A stretch of DNA of 64,000 nucleotides. It comes from a virus. Below are positions 1-9,078 of this stretch, piece by piece (position 1 is the stretch's first letter; the number at the start of each line of letters is the position of its first letter). The stretch spans positions 32,001 through 96,000 of IMG/VR virus record IMGVR_UViG_3300043313_001352; one strand, 5' to 3'. The translations under genes and the position numbers were made by a program. The notes beneath the pieces were generated by a model, which was not told where the DNA came from, did no database searches, and was given only the letters and a program-made list of their open reading frames with translations.

Positions 1-458
1 GGATCCACTCCGACTCGGTCGACACGCTCGACATCCGCAAGGCCGCGACGCTCGCCGCCGTGGACTTCACCCGCTTCGACCTCAAGGGCAGCCGCTCACG
101 CGCGCAAGCCTTCGACGTCATCTTGACCGGTGACTCCGGGCGCCAGCAGAACGGCGGCGGCGATGAGGCGGCGTCCTGGGACCAGTGGGGGATCTTCCTG
201 GGCCACCTGTTCCGGCTGGACCAGCACCTCAAGACGCCCTACTACGTCGACGGGGAGCACTTCGTCTGGGTCACCGGCAACCGGTTCACCCCCGACTTCA
301 CCCCCGGTGACTGCCACCGCCGCCACCGGTGGGGGATGGGTCACCCCGCGATCACCGGGACCTACTCGGTCGCCGAGTGCGAAGAGGGCAAGGACCCGTG
401 CGGCGCGGTTCAGCGCTGGATGCTGCACGGGCGCACGTTCGCCGACCTCAACCGCTAG
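1..458 (+). CDS. hypothetical phage protein, 5'-truncated by window edge
   Basis: Frame of ORF 60..458 stays open back to the window start; GC3-rich codons. Confidence 0.7.
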   Translation, partial: IHSDSVDTLDIRKAATLAAVDFTRFDLKGSRSRAQAFDVILTGDSGRQQNGGGDEAASWDQWGIFLGHLFRLDQHLKTPYYVDGEHFVWVTGNRFTPDFTPGDCHRRHRWGMGHPAITGTYSVAECEEGKDPCGAVQRWMLHGRTFADLNR

Positions 459-477
459 CGGAGCGGCGGCACCGGTG

Positions 478-621
478 CTAGTAGTACCGGTGCCGGGTGC
501 CGCCGACGGGCACGAACCAGAGCACCAGGCCGACGATGATCAGGATCGCGCCGATGATCGTCAGCCAGTAGATGCCGAGCACCAGGCCGAGCACCAGAAG
601 GATGAGCCCGAGGATGACCAT
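478..621 (-). CDS. small two-TM membrane protein (DUF6131-like)
   Basis: MVILGLILLVLGLVLGIYWLTIIGAILIIVGLVLWFVPVGGTRHRYY; the GG-x-RH-YY tail resembles an actinobacterial small membrane family. Confidence 0.7.
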   Translation of the reverse strand: MVILGLILLVLGLVLGIYWLTIIGAILIIVGLVLWFVPVGGTRHRYY

Positions 622-638
622 GGGCTCAGGGTACGCCC

Positions 639-654
639 ACTGACGTTTACGCAG
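639..654 (+). promoter_or_regulatory. conserved 16-bp box ACTGACGTTTAYGCAG (first copy of a dispersed repeat)
   Basis: Copies start at 639, 1677, 2481, 3508, 4707 (1 mismatch), 5657, 6778, 7944, 8794, 10532, 13236, 15234, 18232 (2 mismatches) and 20894; one reverse copy at 18772-18787; degenerate copy at 19197. Confidence 0.9.
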
Positions 655-711
655 CTTTCCCACTCTGGAGCGGCCCGCTGGTCTAGTCCCGATTCGCGTG
701 TGTCCGGACAC

Positions 712-764
712 TGGTGTATTGTTCTTCTTGTAAGAACAACGACGCACCGACCGAAGGACACCCC
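712..764 (+). promoter_or_regulatory. extended -10 promoter with overlapping hairpin and conserved leader/RBS (first of about 13)
   Basis: TG-rich extension plus TANNNT at 717, 1746, 2558, 3576, 4785, 5726, 6866, 8003, 9030, 10622, 13304, 15403 and 16785, each followed by an ACGACGAA(A/G)GGAC-like leader and a start codon. Confidence 0.8.
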
Positions 765-1205
765 ATGATCACTGCCGAGTACCTCGCCCTTGTCGAGGGT
801 GGCACCGACCACTTCACCGTGGAGTTCCACAGCGACACGAAGCCTGCGGCCAAGCACGCGAGCAAGCGGCTCCGCAAGGTCGTCACGGCGGTCGTCATGA
901 CCGGCGCGTCGTACGCGAACCTCCGCGTCAACAAGGGCGTCGAGACCGGCCCGCTGCCGTGGGGTTCGTGGATGGACGGTGCCGAGCCGTTCGTGATCCA
1001 GCACAAGGGTCAGGACTACGCCCGCCTGTACTGCATCGAGCACGGCGTGCGGGCGATCTACACCGTGGACGGCGAGGTCGTCACGCGGGACGAGTACGAG
1101 TCCTACCTGACGCCCAGCCAGCGCTCCGCGCCCCGGCCCAACGGCGGCTGCATCACGGTCAAGATGAGCGGCGTGCGGCTCGTCGGCGAACCGGCGTTCG
1201 CATGA
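765..1205 (+). CDS. hypothetical early protein
   Basis: ATG after GAAGGACACCCC leader; typical codon usage. Confidence 0.8.
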   Translation: MITAEYLALVEGGTDHFTVEFHSDTKPAAKHASKRLRKVVTAVVMTGASYANLRVNKGVETGPLPWGSWMDGAEPFVIQHKGQDYARLYCIEHGVRAIYTVDGEVVTRDEYESYLTPSQRSAPRPNGGCITVKMSGVRLVGEPAFA

Positions 1206-1618
1206 CCACGGTCCGCGTCCGCGTCCGCGTTCGTTGTGGCACCTGCGCCGACTGCACAGCCGCCGCTGCCCCGGCCAAGGTGGCCAAGATCGAAGCCCGC
1301 CCGGCTCGTCCGGCTCGTCGGAACGCCTGCGTGTACTGCACCACGCCGGGGTGCGCCGGGGACTGCCCGCGCGCCGTGGCAGCCAAGCGCAAGGCCGAGG
1401 TGCCCTTCTCATGGACGTCGTGGGAGTGGCTGGTGCCGTGGCTGGACTGGTGGCTGACACGGCTGTCCGCCACCAAGCCCCGCACCGCCTCGGCGATCGT
1501 CTACATCGGCCTCGGTCTGGTGATCCTCGCGATCGTCGCCGCCGTGCTTGCCTACTTGGCAGCGATGCTCCTGATGGTCCCGTTCGTGATCATCGGCTTC
1601 CTCATCTTGGTCGACTGA
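1202..1618 (+). CDS. hypothetical protein with Cys clusters and C-terminal TM segment
   Basis: ATGA overlap; CxxCxxC and CxxCxxxxCxxxC motifs; hydrophobic C-terminus. Confidence 0.65.
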   Translation: MTTVRVRVRVRCGTCADCTAAAAPAKVAKIEARPARPARRNACVYCTTPGCAGDCPRAVAAKRKAEVPFSWTSWEWLVPWLDWWLTRLSATKPRTASAIVYIGLGLVILAIVAAVLAYLAAMLLMVPFVIIGFLILVD

Positions 1619-1637
1619 CCCACTGCCCGCCACGCGA

Positions 1638-1660
1638 CCCGGCCCCGAAGAGGGGCCGGG
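1638..1660 (+). terminator. GC-rich hairpin, putative terminator
   Basis: CCCGGCCCC-GAAGA-GGGGCCGGG directly after stop codon. Confidence 0.6.
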
Positions 1661-1784
1661 AAGGAGGCCGCGAGCTACTGACGTTTACGCAGGGCGGCGC
1701 CTGGGCCGCGGGCGCGCCTGGTTGGGGTCTGTCGGGACAGTGTGATATGCTTACGCAGTAAGCAAACGACGAAGGGACACCCCC

Positions 1785-2315
1785 ATGGCACACACCGCCA
1801 CCCGCACCAACCGCTACGCCGCCGCCTGCGCCGACTGCCGCGGCTGGGTGCACGCCGACGCAGGCGTGCTCACCAAGTCCGCCGCTGGCAAGTGGGAGAC
1901 CCGGCACATGGGCGCGTGCCCCGCGCCCAAGGCACCGGCGAAGAACGCCGAGCCCGGCTACTACGTCCGCCCCGCCGACGGCCGCGCGGTCGTCGTGGTC
2001 GCGGGCAAGCGCCACCCCGAGCGCACCTACGGCAAGGTGCTCACCTTCCCGGCCGACGGCAGCCGCCCGTCGTGGGACTACGTGCGCGGCGCGGGCTACT
2101 CGGTCGCCGACCTGCGGCCGATGACCGCCGCCGACGCGGCCGAGATGGGCTTGAGCCATGGCTACTGCATCCGCTGCTGCGCACCGCTGGGCGGCGAGAC
2201 CCTGTCCGCCGCCGTGTCCGCGCTGGTCGGCTACGGCGAGACCTGCGCCAAGCGGATGGGGTGGGCCTACCCGAAGGGCGTCGCGGCCCAGCGCGCTCGC
2301 CTCGCGGAGGGCTGA
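1785..2315 (+). CDS. zinc-binding protein with DUF6011-like C-terminal domain
   Basis: CIRC-x-PL...S...GYGETCA motif; N-terminal CADC; follows conserved leader. Confidence 0.7.
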   Translation: MAHTATRTNRYAAACADCRGWVHADAGVLTKSAAGKWETRHMGACPAPKAPAKNAEPGYYVRPADGRAVVVVAGKRHPERTYGKVLTFPADGSRPSWDYVRGAGYSVADLRPMTAADAAEMGLSHGYCIRCCAPLGGETLSAAVSALVGYGETCAKRMGWAYPKGVAAQRARLAEG

Positions 2316-2326
2316 GCCCCGCGCAC

Positions 2327-2360
2327 GAAGACCCCCGACCCGTGAGGGCCGGGGGTCTTC
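2327..2360. terminator. hairpin terminator, possibly bidirectional
   Basis: GAAGACCCCCG...CGGGGGTCTTC 11-bp stem. Confidence 0.7.
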
Positions 2361-2424
2361 CCATGCCGTGCCATGCCCAACCAAGCCCCGCCTGACCGAG
2401 CCAGACCCCGCCATGCCTCGCCGC
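2361..2424 (-). repeat. single GGY-NN pentamer unit (orphan guide-like element)
   Basis: 12 consecutive perfect GGY-NN pentamers on the minus strand. Confidence 0.8.
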
Positions 2425-2606
2425 GTACTCGGCTCCAGGCTAGCGCCAGCTGAAGGCCAGCTGGGCCGCCGCGGAACGTCACTGACGTTTACGCAGGCGG
2501 CCAACCCTCCAGCTGGGCTTCAGCGTTGCGCACTGTTGCGATGGCGGGACGGTGTGGTATGCTTACTTCAGTAAGCGACACAGAGACACAACGAAGGGAC
2601 ACCCCC

Positions 2607-3458
2607 ATGACCGCCAAGTCCGACGCCCGCGAGGCCCGCCTCGAAGCCATGCACGAGGTGCTGGTTGCCAAGACGGCCGAACTCGCCACGAGCGAGGGCT
2701 GGATGCAGTACTTGGAGTTCGCCTCCAAGTTCCGCCAGTACAGCCTCAACAACACGCTGCTGATCCTCTGCCAGCGCCCCGACGCGACGCACGTCGCCTC
2801 GTACAAGAAGTGGGGCGAGATGGGGCGTCAGGTCCGCAAGGGCGAGCGCTCCATGTCGATCTTCGCTCCGATGATGCGCAAGCGCGAGGACGAGAAGACC
2901 GGCGAGGAGAAGCGCTACATCTCCGGCTTCCGGCTGGTCCCGGTCTTCGACGTCGCGCAGACCGACGGCGACCCGATCCCCGAGCCCGTGCTCCCCGTGC
3001 TGCTCGACGGCGAGGCCCCCGAGGGTCTGTGGGATTCGCTGCTGACGATCGTGGACGCCTCCGGCTACCACGTCGAGCGCGGCGACTGCCACGGGGCGAA
3101 CGGGTTCACCCGCCCGAGCGAGCGGCTGATCATGGTCCGCGAGGACGTGAGCGACGCGCAGGCCGTCAAGACGCTGGTGCACGAGGTCGCGCACATGCTG
3201 CTGCACTGTGGCGAGGAGGGCGGGCTCACCGCCGATGCGATGCTGCACCGCTCAGTCGCTGAGGTCGAGGCCGAGTCGGTCGCGCACATCGTCGCCAACG
3301 TGCACGGGCTGCCGACCGAGACCTACTCGCTGCCCTACATCGCGGGCTGGTCCAACGGCAAGCCCGAGCAGGTCGCAGCGACTGCGGACCGCGTGCTCAA
3401 GACCGCGAAGCAGATCCTCGCGATCACCGAGCCCGCTGAGGAGGAGGTCGCGGCCTGA
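2607..3458 (+). CDS. ArdC-like ssDNA-binding / HExxH metallopeptidase-domain protein
   Basis: F-x-x-YS-x-NN-x-LLI..QRPDAT-x-VASY..W...GRQVRKGE, VFDVAQT, HEVAH, EVEAESVA. Confidence 0.85.
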   Translation: MTAKSDAREARLEAMHEVLVAKTAELATSEGWMQYLEFASKFRQYSLNNTLLILCQRPDATHVASYKKWGEMGRQVRKGERSMSIFAPMMRKREDEKTGEEKRYISGFRLVPVFDVAQTDGDPIPEPVLPVLLDGEAPEGLWDSLLTIVDASGYHVERGDCHGANGFTRPSERLIMVREDVSDAQAVKTLVHEVAHMLLHCGEEGGLTADAMLHRSVAEVEAESVAHIVANVHGLPTETYSLPYIAGWSNGKPEQVAATADRVLKTAKQILAITEPAEEEVAA

Positions 3459-3463
3459 GCGTG

Positions 3464-3492
3464 AGAGCCCGCCCCGAGAGGGGCGGGCTTTC
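3464..3492 (+). terminator. hairpin terminator
   Basis: AGCCCGCCCC-GAGA-GGGGCGGGCT followed by TTC. Confidence 0.7.
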
Positions 3493-3617
3493 TCGCGCCA
3501 GAACAGCACTGACGTTTACGCAGCTCGGCTCTCCTTCAGGGGCCTGGGGCGGTGCGAGGTGCCGCGACAGTGTGGTATGCTTACATCTGTAAGCAGGAAA
3601 CGACGAAAGGACACCCT

Positions 3618-4004
3618 GTGGACATCAACTTCAGCGTCGGTGACGTGGTCGCCTACGAGCCCTTCGGTGGCGGCGAGCGCATCGTGGTGGTCACCGACCG
3701 CGAGGTGCACAACGGGCAGGACGCTTTCGACGCCGACCTGATCGGCGCCGACGAGCCCTTCAAGGTCTGGGGCTACGCCGACCAGATCACCCGCAACCTC
3801 GGACCGGCCCGCATCGCGGTGGTCGAGGGGCAGGCCGACAAGGTCGCCACGATCGCCCGGTACCTGCCCAGCAACTACGCCGCGAGCGTCGACGGCGAGA
3901 ACGTGCGGATCTTCGGATTCGACTCGCGCGGGTGGACGCTGGACGACTACGTGATCCCGCGTCTCGCGAGCGGCATGTGGCGCGCCACTGAGGTGACGGC
4001 ATGA
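3618..4004 (+). CDS. hypothetical early protein
   Basis: GTG start after AAAGGACACCCT leader. Confidence 0.75.
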   Translation: MDINFSVGDVVAYEPFGGGERIVVVTDREVHNGQDAFDADLIGADEPFKVWGYADQITRNLGPARIAVVEGQADKVATIARYLPSNYAASVDGENVRIFGFDSRGWTLDDYVIPRLASGMWRATEVTA

Positions 4005-4204
4005 GCACCGCCACCGTGAGCAAGGCCGCGACAATCATCGCGGGCGCTGACGCGGCGTATGGCCGCGAGGATCAGGCATGGTTCGACGCGCTCCCCACCG
4101 AGTCGCTCACGCTGCTGTGGGGCGTGGCAGTCGCCACCCTCGCCGGGGCGTCATGGGATGACGAGGTGTTCGACGCGCTCGCGTCTCGCGGATGGTTCGA
4201 CTGA
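4001..4204 (+). CDS. hypothetical protein
   Basis: ATGA coupling with upstream gene. Confidence 0.65.
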   Translation: MSTATVSKAATIIAGADAAYGREDQAWFDALPTESLTLLWGVAVATLAGASWDDEVFDALASRGWFD

Positions 4205-4500
4205 TGGCCGTGCGACTGATCAGTCAGAGCGAAGCCAAGCGCGCCACGGCGTCCGGCCACTGGTTGGGTTCGGAGATCTTCTACACCGAGGACGAGGACT
4301 TCTACACCGTCCGGTTCCACGCGCGCACCTACGACGGCATCAAGGTCGCGTCCTCCTACACGACCGGGGAGATCCGCCTCACCGGGCAGGGCGGCTTCCT
4401 CAAGTCCGAGGTCGAACGGCTCTTCCACCAGTTCGCCAGCCTCTACATCACCGAGCCCGATCTTGACGCGGTGCGCGAGTCGCGCAAGGACGAGGGCTGA
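4204..4500 (+). CDS. hypothetical protein
   Basis: TGATG coupling. Confidence 0.7.
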   Translation: MAVRLISQSEAKRATASGHWLGSEIFYTEDEDFYTVRFHARTYDGIKVASSYTTGEIRLTGQGGFLKSEVERLFHQFASLYITEPDLDAVRESRKDEG

Positions 4501-4842
4501 TGGGGCAGAAGTGGTGGCCCACCTCGCCCGGCATCCCGGCGGCAGGACACGTCACCGCCAGCGGGTTCTGGCATCCCGGTGGGGGTCACAACTGCGATCG
4601 CTGCAAGGGCTAGGGTGCGCCGCATGGATCCCCTGATCGCCTACCTCAAGCGTCGCGCCGCCCAGTTCATCACTGGGCGGCGTGTTCGTTTCGCCAGCGC
4701 GAACCCACTGACGTTTACGCCGAGCTGCCCCAGGTGCCTGGCCGCGCATCCCTCGAACTCACAGCGTCTGCCGAGGTGATGTGATAAACTGACGGAGTCA
4801 GAGAGACCAAACGACACAACGACGCACGACGAAAGAGACCAC

Positions 4843-5583
4843 ATGAAGCGCATCACCCTTGCCCTGTTCGCAGGCATCCTGGCCCTGAGTGGGCTGACTG
4901 TCGTCGCAGGCGCTGCCTCGGCCGACACCGCACCGATCCCCGACCCGGTGGGTGGCTCGGTCCGGCTCACCGTGGACGACGTCCGCTACGGGGCCGACGG
5001 CGGCTGCCGCAACGCCCCGGTCCGCATCTCGGTGCAGACTCCGGACGACTACGCCTACATGGAGTACGACTTCGAGTCGACCTATGACGGCCCGACCAGC
5101 CTCGCGGACTGGGTGTCCAGCAGCGGCGAGGGGTTCTCCGGTGTCTTCACCGACTCGTTCGTCGTCTGCCCCGAGTACGACAGCCCCGGCACCTACTACG
5201 GCAGGCTGAACGTCAAGTTCTACGACTACGAGTACAACGTGATCGCCGAGACCGACGCCAGCGATGTCTTCCACGTGCTGCCCCGGCTGCACACCTCCAG
5301 CATCGCGGCCTCGCGTGCCACCTACGGCGCCCACGGCTGGGCGCTCAAGGCAACCGCTCGCTACGACGGGCACGCCTGGCGCAACAAGACCGTGAAGCTT
5401 CAGCGCTACGCCGGGCACAACTCGTGGACCACGCTGCGCAACGTCCGGACCAACCGCTACGGCAAGGCGACGCTGGGCTTCACCCCGGCCAACCGCACCC
5501 TGCGCGGCTACCGAGTCCTGCTGCCCGCCAGCAACGGCGCCCCGAACCACGTGTCCAGCACGCACTGGCTGCGTCGCCGCTGA
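4843..5583 (+). CDS. secreted protein with Sec signal peptide
   Basis: MKRITLALFAGILALSGLTVVAGAASA-D signal; own box plus promoter cassette. Confidence 0.8.
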   Translation: MKRITLALFAGILALSGLTVVAGAASADTAPIPDPVGGSVRLTVDDVRYGADGGCRNAPVRISVQTPDDYAYMEYDFESTYDGPTSLADWVSSSGEGFSGVFTDSFVVCPEYDSPGTYYGRLNVKFYDYEYNVIAETDASDVFHVLPRLHTSSIAASRATYGAHGWALKATARYDGHAWRNKTVKLQRYAGHNSWTTLRNVRTNRYGKATLGFTPANRTLRGYRVLLPASNGAPNHVSSTHWLRRR

Positions 5584-5768
5584 TCGACCCGCATCAACTC
5601 AAGGACCCCCGGCGCCACTGGCGTCGGGGGTTCGTGCGTTCGAGGGGCGAGACGTCACTGACGTTTACGCAGCTCGCCTGCACGGCCGCACCAGGCTGGG
5701 CTTGAGAACTGACGCGACGGTGTGGTATTCTTACGTCAGTAAGAACAACGACGAAGGGACACACCGAC

Positions 5769-6089
5769 ATGAGTTTCTCCATCCCGCGCCCCGACTGGGT
5801 GACCGACCAGTCGATCGGCCGCCGCGGCGAGTACGCCCAGTTCCAGATGTTCACGCGTGAGGCCAACGACGCCGTAGCCACCATGGTGCTGGCGATCCTG
5901 AGCGACGCGGTGCGTCTGGGTCCGCCGCGCACCGTGGTGATCGAGGCGATCCAGCAGGGCGTCCGCAACCTCACCCGGCGCTTCCCCGAGATCCACGACA
6001 CCGAGCCCGAGTGGGCGATCACCGACGCGGTGAACCACTACCTCGACATGCGTGAACTGCCCAAGACGAGCCGCGAGGAGTTGTTCTGA
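5769..6089 (+). CDS. hypothetical early protein
   Basis: Follows promoter/leader cassette. Confidence 0.75.
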   Translation: MSFSIPRPDWVTDQSIGRRGEYAQFQMFTREANDAVATMVLAILSDAVRLGPPRTVVIEAIQQGVRNLTRRFPEIHDTEPEWAITDAVNHYLDMRELPKTSREELF

Positions 6090-6454
6090 TGAGCGAGCCC
6101 GAGATCCACATCGACGTCGACCCGATGCTGTACCTGGCCGCGTTCATCGAGGACAACCTCGACACGATCGACCACCTCAAGAGCGCGGGCGACATGATGG
6201 GTGCGCCGGAGTTCGCCGGTGCTGTGGCGTCGGTGGGCCACGACGCGATCGCACACGCCCACGAGCAACTGGAGTCGCTGATCGCTGCGGACAAGACCTG
6301 GCAGCCCTGCTACGGGACGTGGTGCGTCATGGTCTACGAGGACACCGATCCCGAGATGGGCGACATCAACCGCTGCACGGTGCACAACTACCTGGTGCTC
6401 GGGGACATCTACGTCTGCGAGGGCTACCAAGCCCCGCCGTACGTCGGGCCATGA
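6089..6454 (+). CDS. hypothetical protein
   Basis: TGATG coupling. Confidence 0.7.
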   Translation: MSEPEIHIDVDPMLYLAAFIEDNLDTIDHLKSAGDMMGAPEFAGAVASVGHDAIAHAHEQLESLIAADKTWQPCYGTWCVMVYEDTDPEMGDINRCTVHNYLVLGDIYVCEGYQAPPYVGP

Positions 6455-6738
6455 GCCGCACCAACGTCTACCGGGACGGCAAGGTGCACGTGATGGAGGC
6501 CAAGTGCTCCACGTGCATCTACCGGCCCGGCAACCTGATGCACCTCGAACCAGGTCGCAAGGACGCGATGCAGGCCGACGCGATCGCTGACGAGGGTGTG
6601 ATCCCGTGCCACAAGACGATCCACGGTGCGCGCGAGCAGGAGAGCGTCTGCCGGGGGTTCTTCGATGTCGCCAAGCACGAGGGGCTGCTGGCCGTGGCCG
6701 AGCGGATGGACATCATCGAGTTCACGCCCACCGCGTGA
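6451..6738 (+). CDS. Cys/His-rich small protein
   Basis: ATGA coupling; CSTC...CH...CRG motif. Confidence 0.7.
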   Translation: MSRTNVYRDGKVHVMEAKCSTCIYRPGNLMHLEPGRKDAMQADAIADEGVIPCHKTIHGAREQESVCRGFFDVAKHEGLLAVAERMDIIEFTPTA

Positions 6739-6913
6739 GCCGCACGCCGACAGAGTTCTGTCGGTGCTGCGTGGTGGACTGACGTTTATGCAGAGCTGGC
6801 CCGAGGTCCCCCCGCCACCACCTCCCGATCCCATGGCTGGATTGGGCAATCCAGATTCCCCATGTTACGATTACGAGGTAATCGAACATGACCCAGAGAC
6901 GAAGGACGAAGCG

Positions 6914-7279
6914 ATGACCAGCACGATGGAGAAGCCCGCCAAGGGCAAGAAGGGCAAGGGCGCCAAGACGCCGACCACCAAGGACAGCCGCATCGCGGAC
7001 GTCACTGCGGTGCTCGCCAGCGTCGATGCAGGTGAGGCGCTGCGCGACCGGATCAAGGCCATGCAGGCCGAACTCAAGATCCACGAGGACAACGTCAAGG
7101 ACGCGCTGGGCGAGGCCACCACCGGCGTCGATGCCAAGGGCAAGGTCGTGGTGCGCTACCCGTTCCGCAACCGCTCGGGTCTGTCGAAGGAGAAGGTCAA
7201 GGACCGGCTCTCCCCGACCGACTACGCCGAGTGCGAGACGGTCACCGAGTACCGCACCCTGCTCTACGGCGAGGGCTGA
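6914..7279 (+). CDS. hypothetical protein with coiled coil
   Basis: ATG after GAAGGAC leader. Confidence 0.7.
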   Translation: MTSTMEKPAKGKKGKGAKTPTTKDSRIADVTAVLASVDAGEALRDRIKAMQAELKIHEDNVKDALGEATTGVDAKGKVVVRYPFRNRSGLSKEKVKDRLSPTDYAECETVTEYRTLLYGEG

Positions 7280-7284
7280 GCGCC

Positions 7285-7647
7285 ATGTGGATGAACGAGC
7301 ACGAGGTCGAGGAGACCTTCGACCGCCTCGACAGCGCCCACCCGGCAGTGCCGAACCTCGCGGCCGGAGCATCCGTGCTGGACGCGCTGGTCGCCTGGAC
7401 CAACGCCAACTCCGACGGCTGGCCCTACTGGCAGAAGCCGTCCAAGGCTGCCAACAGCCTGATGACGGTGCTGCACAACCGGGACTACGCGATCCGGTTC
7501 GGCCACGACCGTGAGGGCAAGCCGCTGGAGGACATCACCACGGCTGAGCTGGCCCTGGTGCTGCGCCCGATCAAGGCGTTCCTGACCCGGCAGGAGATCG
7601 ACTGGAACGCCGACCTGCCGTGGGCGGCGCTGTTCCCGGCTGCTTGA
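7285..7647 (+). CDS. hypothetical protein
   Basis: ORF with typical codon bias; W-x-N-x-NSDGWPYW motif. Confidence 0.7.
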   Translation: MWMNEHEVEETFDRLDSAHPAVPNLAAGASVLDALVAWTNANSDGWPYWQKPSKAANSLMTVLHNRDYAIRFGHDREGKPLEDITTAELALVLRPIKAFLTRQEIDWNADLPWAALFPAA

Positions 7648-7744
7648 GCCTGTCGAGAGGATGGACCTAGCCCGGCTTCCGCTGCAGTCCCCCCACTGCC
7701 GGAAGCCGGGTCTAGGCTGTCCCCAAGCGACGAAGGGACGAACG

Positions 7745-7948
7745 ATGTACGTGCACCGGGACAAGCGAGGCGGGGTCACCCTGACCCCCGACGAGGCAGA
7801 GATCACCGACCTGTTCTTGCTGTTCGTCCTCGAAGGCGAGGACATTCCGGAGGCCGCGCAGTACGCCCTCTCGGCGACTCCGAACCCGGACCCCAAGTTC
7901 GCTGCCTGGCTGCGCCAGGGGATGCTCAGCCACGAGCGAGCTGACTGA
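7745..7948 (+). CDS. hypothetical protein
   Basis: ATG after GACGAAGGGAC leader. Confidence 0.65.
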   Translation: MYVHRDKRGGVTLTPDEAEITDLFLLFVLEGEDIPEAAQYALSATPNPDPKFAAWLRQGMLSHERAD

Positions 7949-8040
7949 CGTTTACGCAGCCCAGGCGCACCGCACGAAGCGCAGGCTGTCCACGTCCTGT
8001 GGTAAACTGTCCTTAGACAGAACGACGAAAGGACACCCGC

Positions 8041-8226
8041 ATGGACCCGAACGAGACGCTGCAGATCATCCGCAACACCATCGCGCAGATGCGTGTGGAC
8101 GAGCACCCGGCCATCCGCAAGCAGCACGCTGACGACCTGGCCGAGCACTTCGAGGCGCTCGATGAGTGGCTGTCCAACGAGGGCTTCCTGCCCGGCGCGT
8201 GGGCGATCCCCGGCGAGCGTGGCTGA
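8041..8226 (+). CDS. hypothetical phage protein (MDPN-x-TL type)
   Basis: Follows promoter cassette; LDEWL..GFLP..W C-terminus common in actinophage small proteins. Confidence 0.75.
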   Translation: MDPNETLQIIRNTIAQMRVDEHPAIRKQHADDLAEHFEALDEWLSNEGFLPGAWAIPGERG

Positions 8227-8375
8227 TGGACCCGTACTGCGAGGACTGTGGGCTCAGCCTGCACGCGCAGGCCGAGAAGGCGATCGCCTCCGGTGAGTGG
8301 CAGATGGTCTGGGCCGACGCCGACGGCTCCTGGATCTGCCCGCAGACCGGCAACGAGCACCGGCCGCAGAACTAG
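8226..8375 (+). CDS. small Cys-containing protein
   Basis: TGATG coupling; CEDC...CP..G..H. Confidence 0.55.
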   Translation: MDPYCEDCGLSLHAQAEKAIASGEWQMVWADADGSWICPQTGNEHRPQN

Positions 8376-8620
8376 GCCGAGGCGCTGCTCTGCATCTTGT
8401 TCAGGCGCTCCTGCAGTTCAGCGATCTGCGACTGGATGTGCTCGGCATCCACGCGACCGCGAGGCTTCGGCTCGACACCCTCCAGCGCAGCCTGCTGGCT
8501 GTAGAGCGTGTCGAACTCGCCCTGGTGCTGGTTGATGAGCAGCTGCGTGGCGCGGTAGCGCGCCCGGTTCGCCGCACGCACCTGGGCCTTGTGCTTGTCG
8601 GGATCTGATCGAGTGACCAT
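8372..8620 (-). CDS. hypothetical protein, possible regulator
   Basis: Lone leftward ORF with GAAGGAAG RBS; basic N-terminus, coiled-coil C-terminus. Confidence 0.65.
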   Translation of the reverse strand: MVTRSDPDKHKAQVRAANRARYRATQLLINQHQGEFDTLYSQQAALEGVEPKPRGRVDAEHIQSQIAELQERLNKMQSSASA

Positions 8621-9078
8621 GAGAGTTCTTCCTTCGGGTTGTCTTCCGTCGCTGGGCCAGTTGCTAGACCCCAGACAACCGGCTGTGCCGAATACGACCA
8701 GGGTCTAGGGTCGTGATCCTTGTGCGGATCCTGTTCGGTACTGCTGAGTGTACCGCAGTCCACGTCTCGTTCCGCCAAACAGGCCCAGAAGCTACTGACG
8801 TTTATGCAGACAGGGCTGTACCCGCAACCACGCGGGGCAATCATGCGGGCTGTGGCAGGCTCAGCGTGCTGAGCCGGGACACACCTACTGAGCAGGGCAA
8901 ACGCCGCACGACGTTGTGTCGGTGGGGTGCCCTAGGGTCAGGACCGTTAGCCAACCTCAGTGCTGACCACACATCTAGACCAGCAGCAGACCACCCGCCC
9001 CGCGATTATGGGGTGACGCAATCCTGTGGTAGGCTCTGGGTACAGAGCCAGACAGTGAACGACGAAAGGACGCATGAC

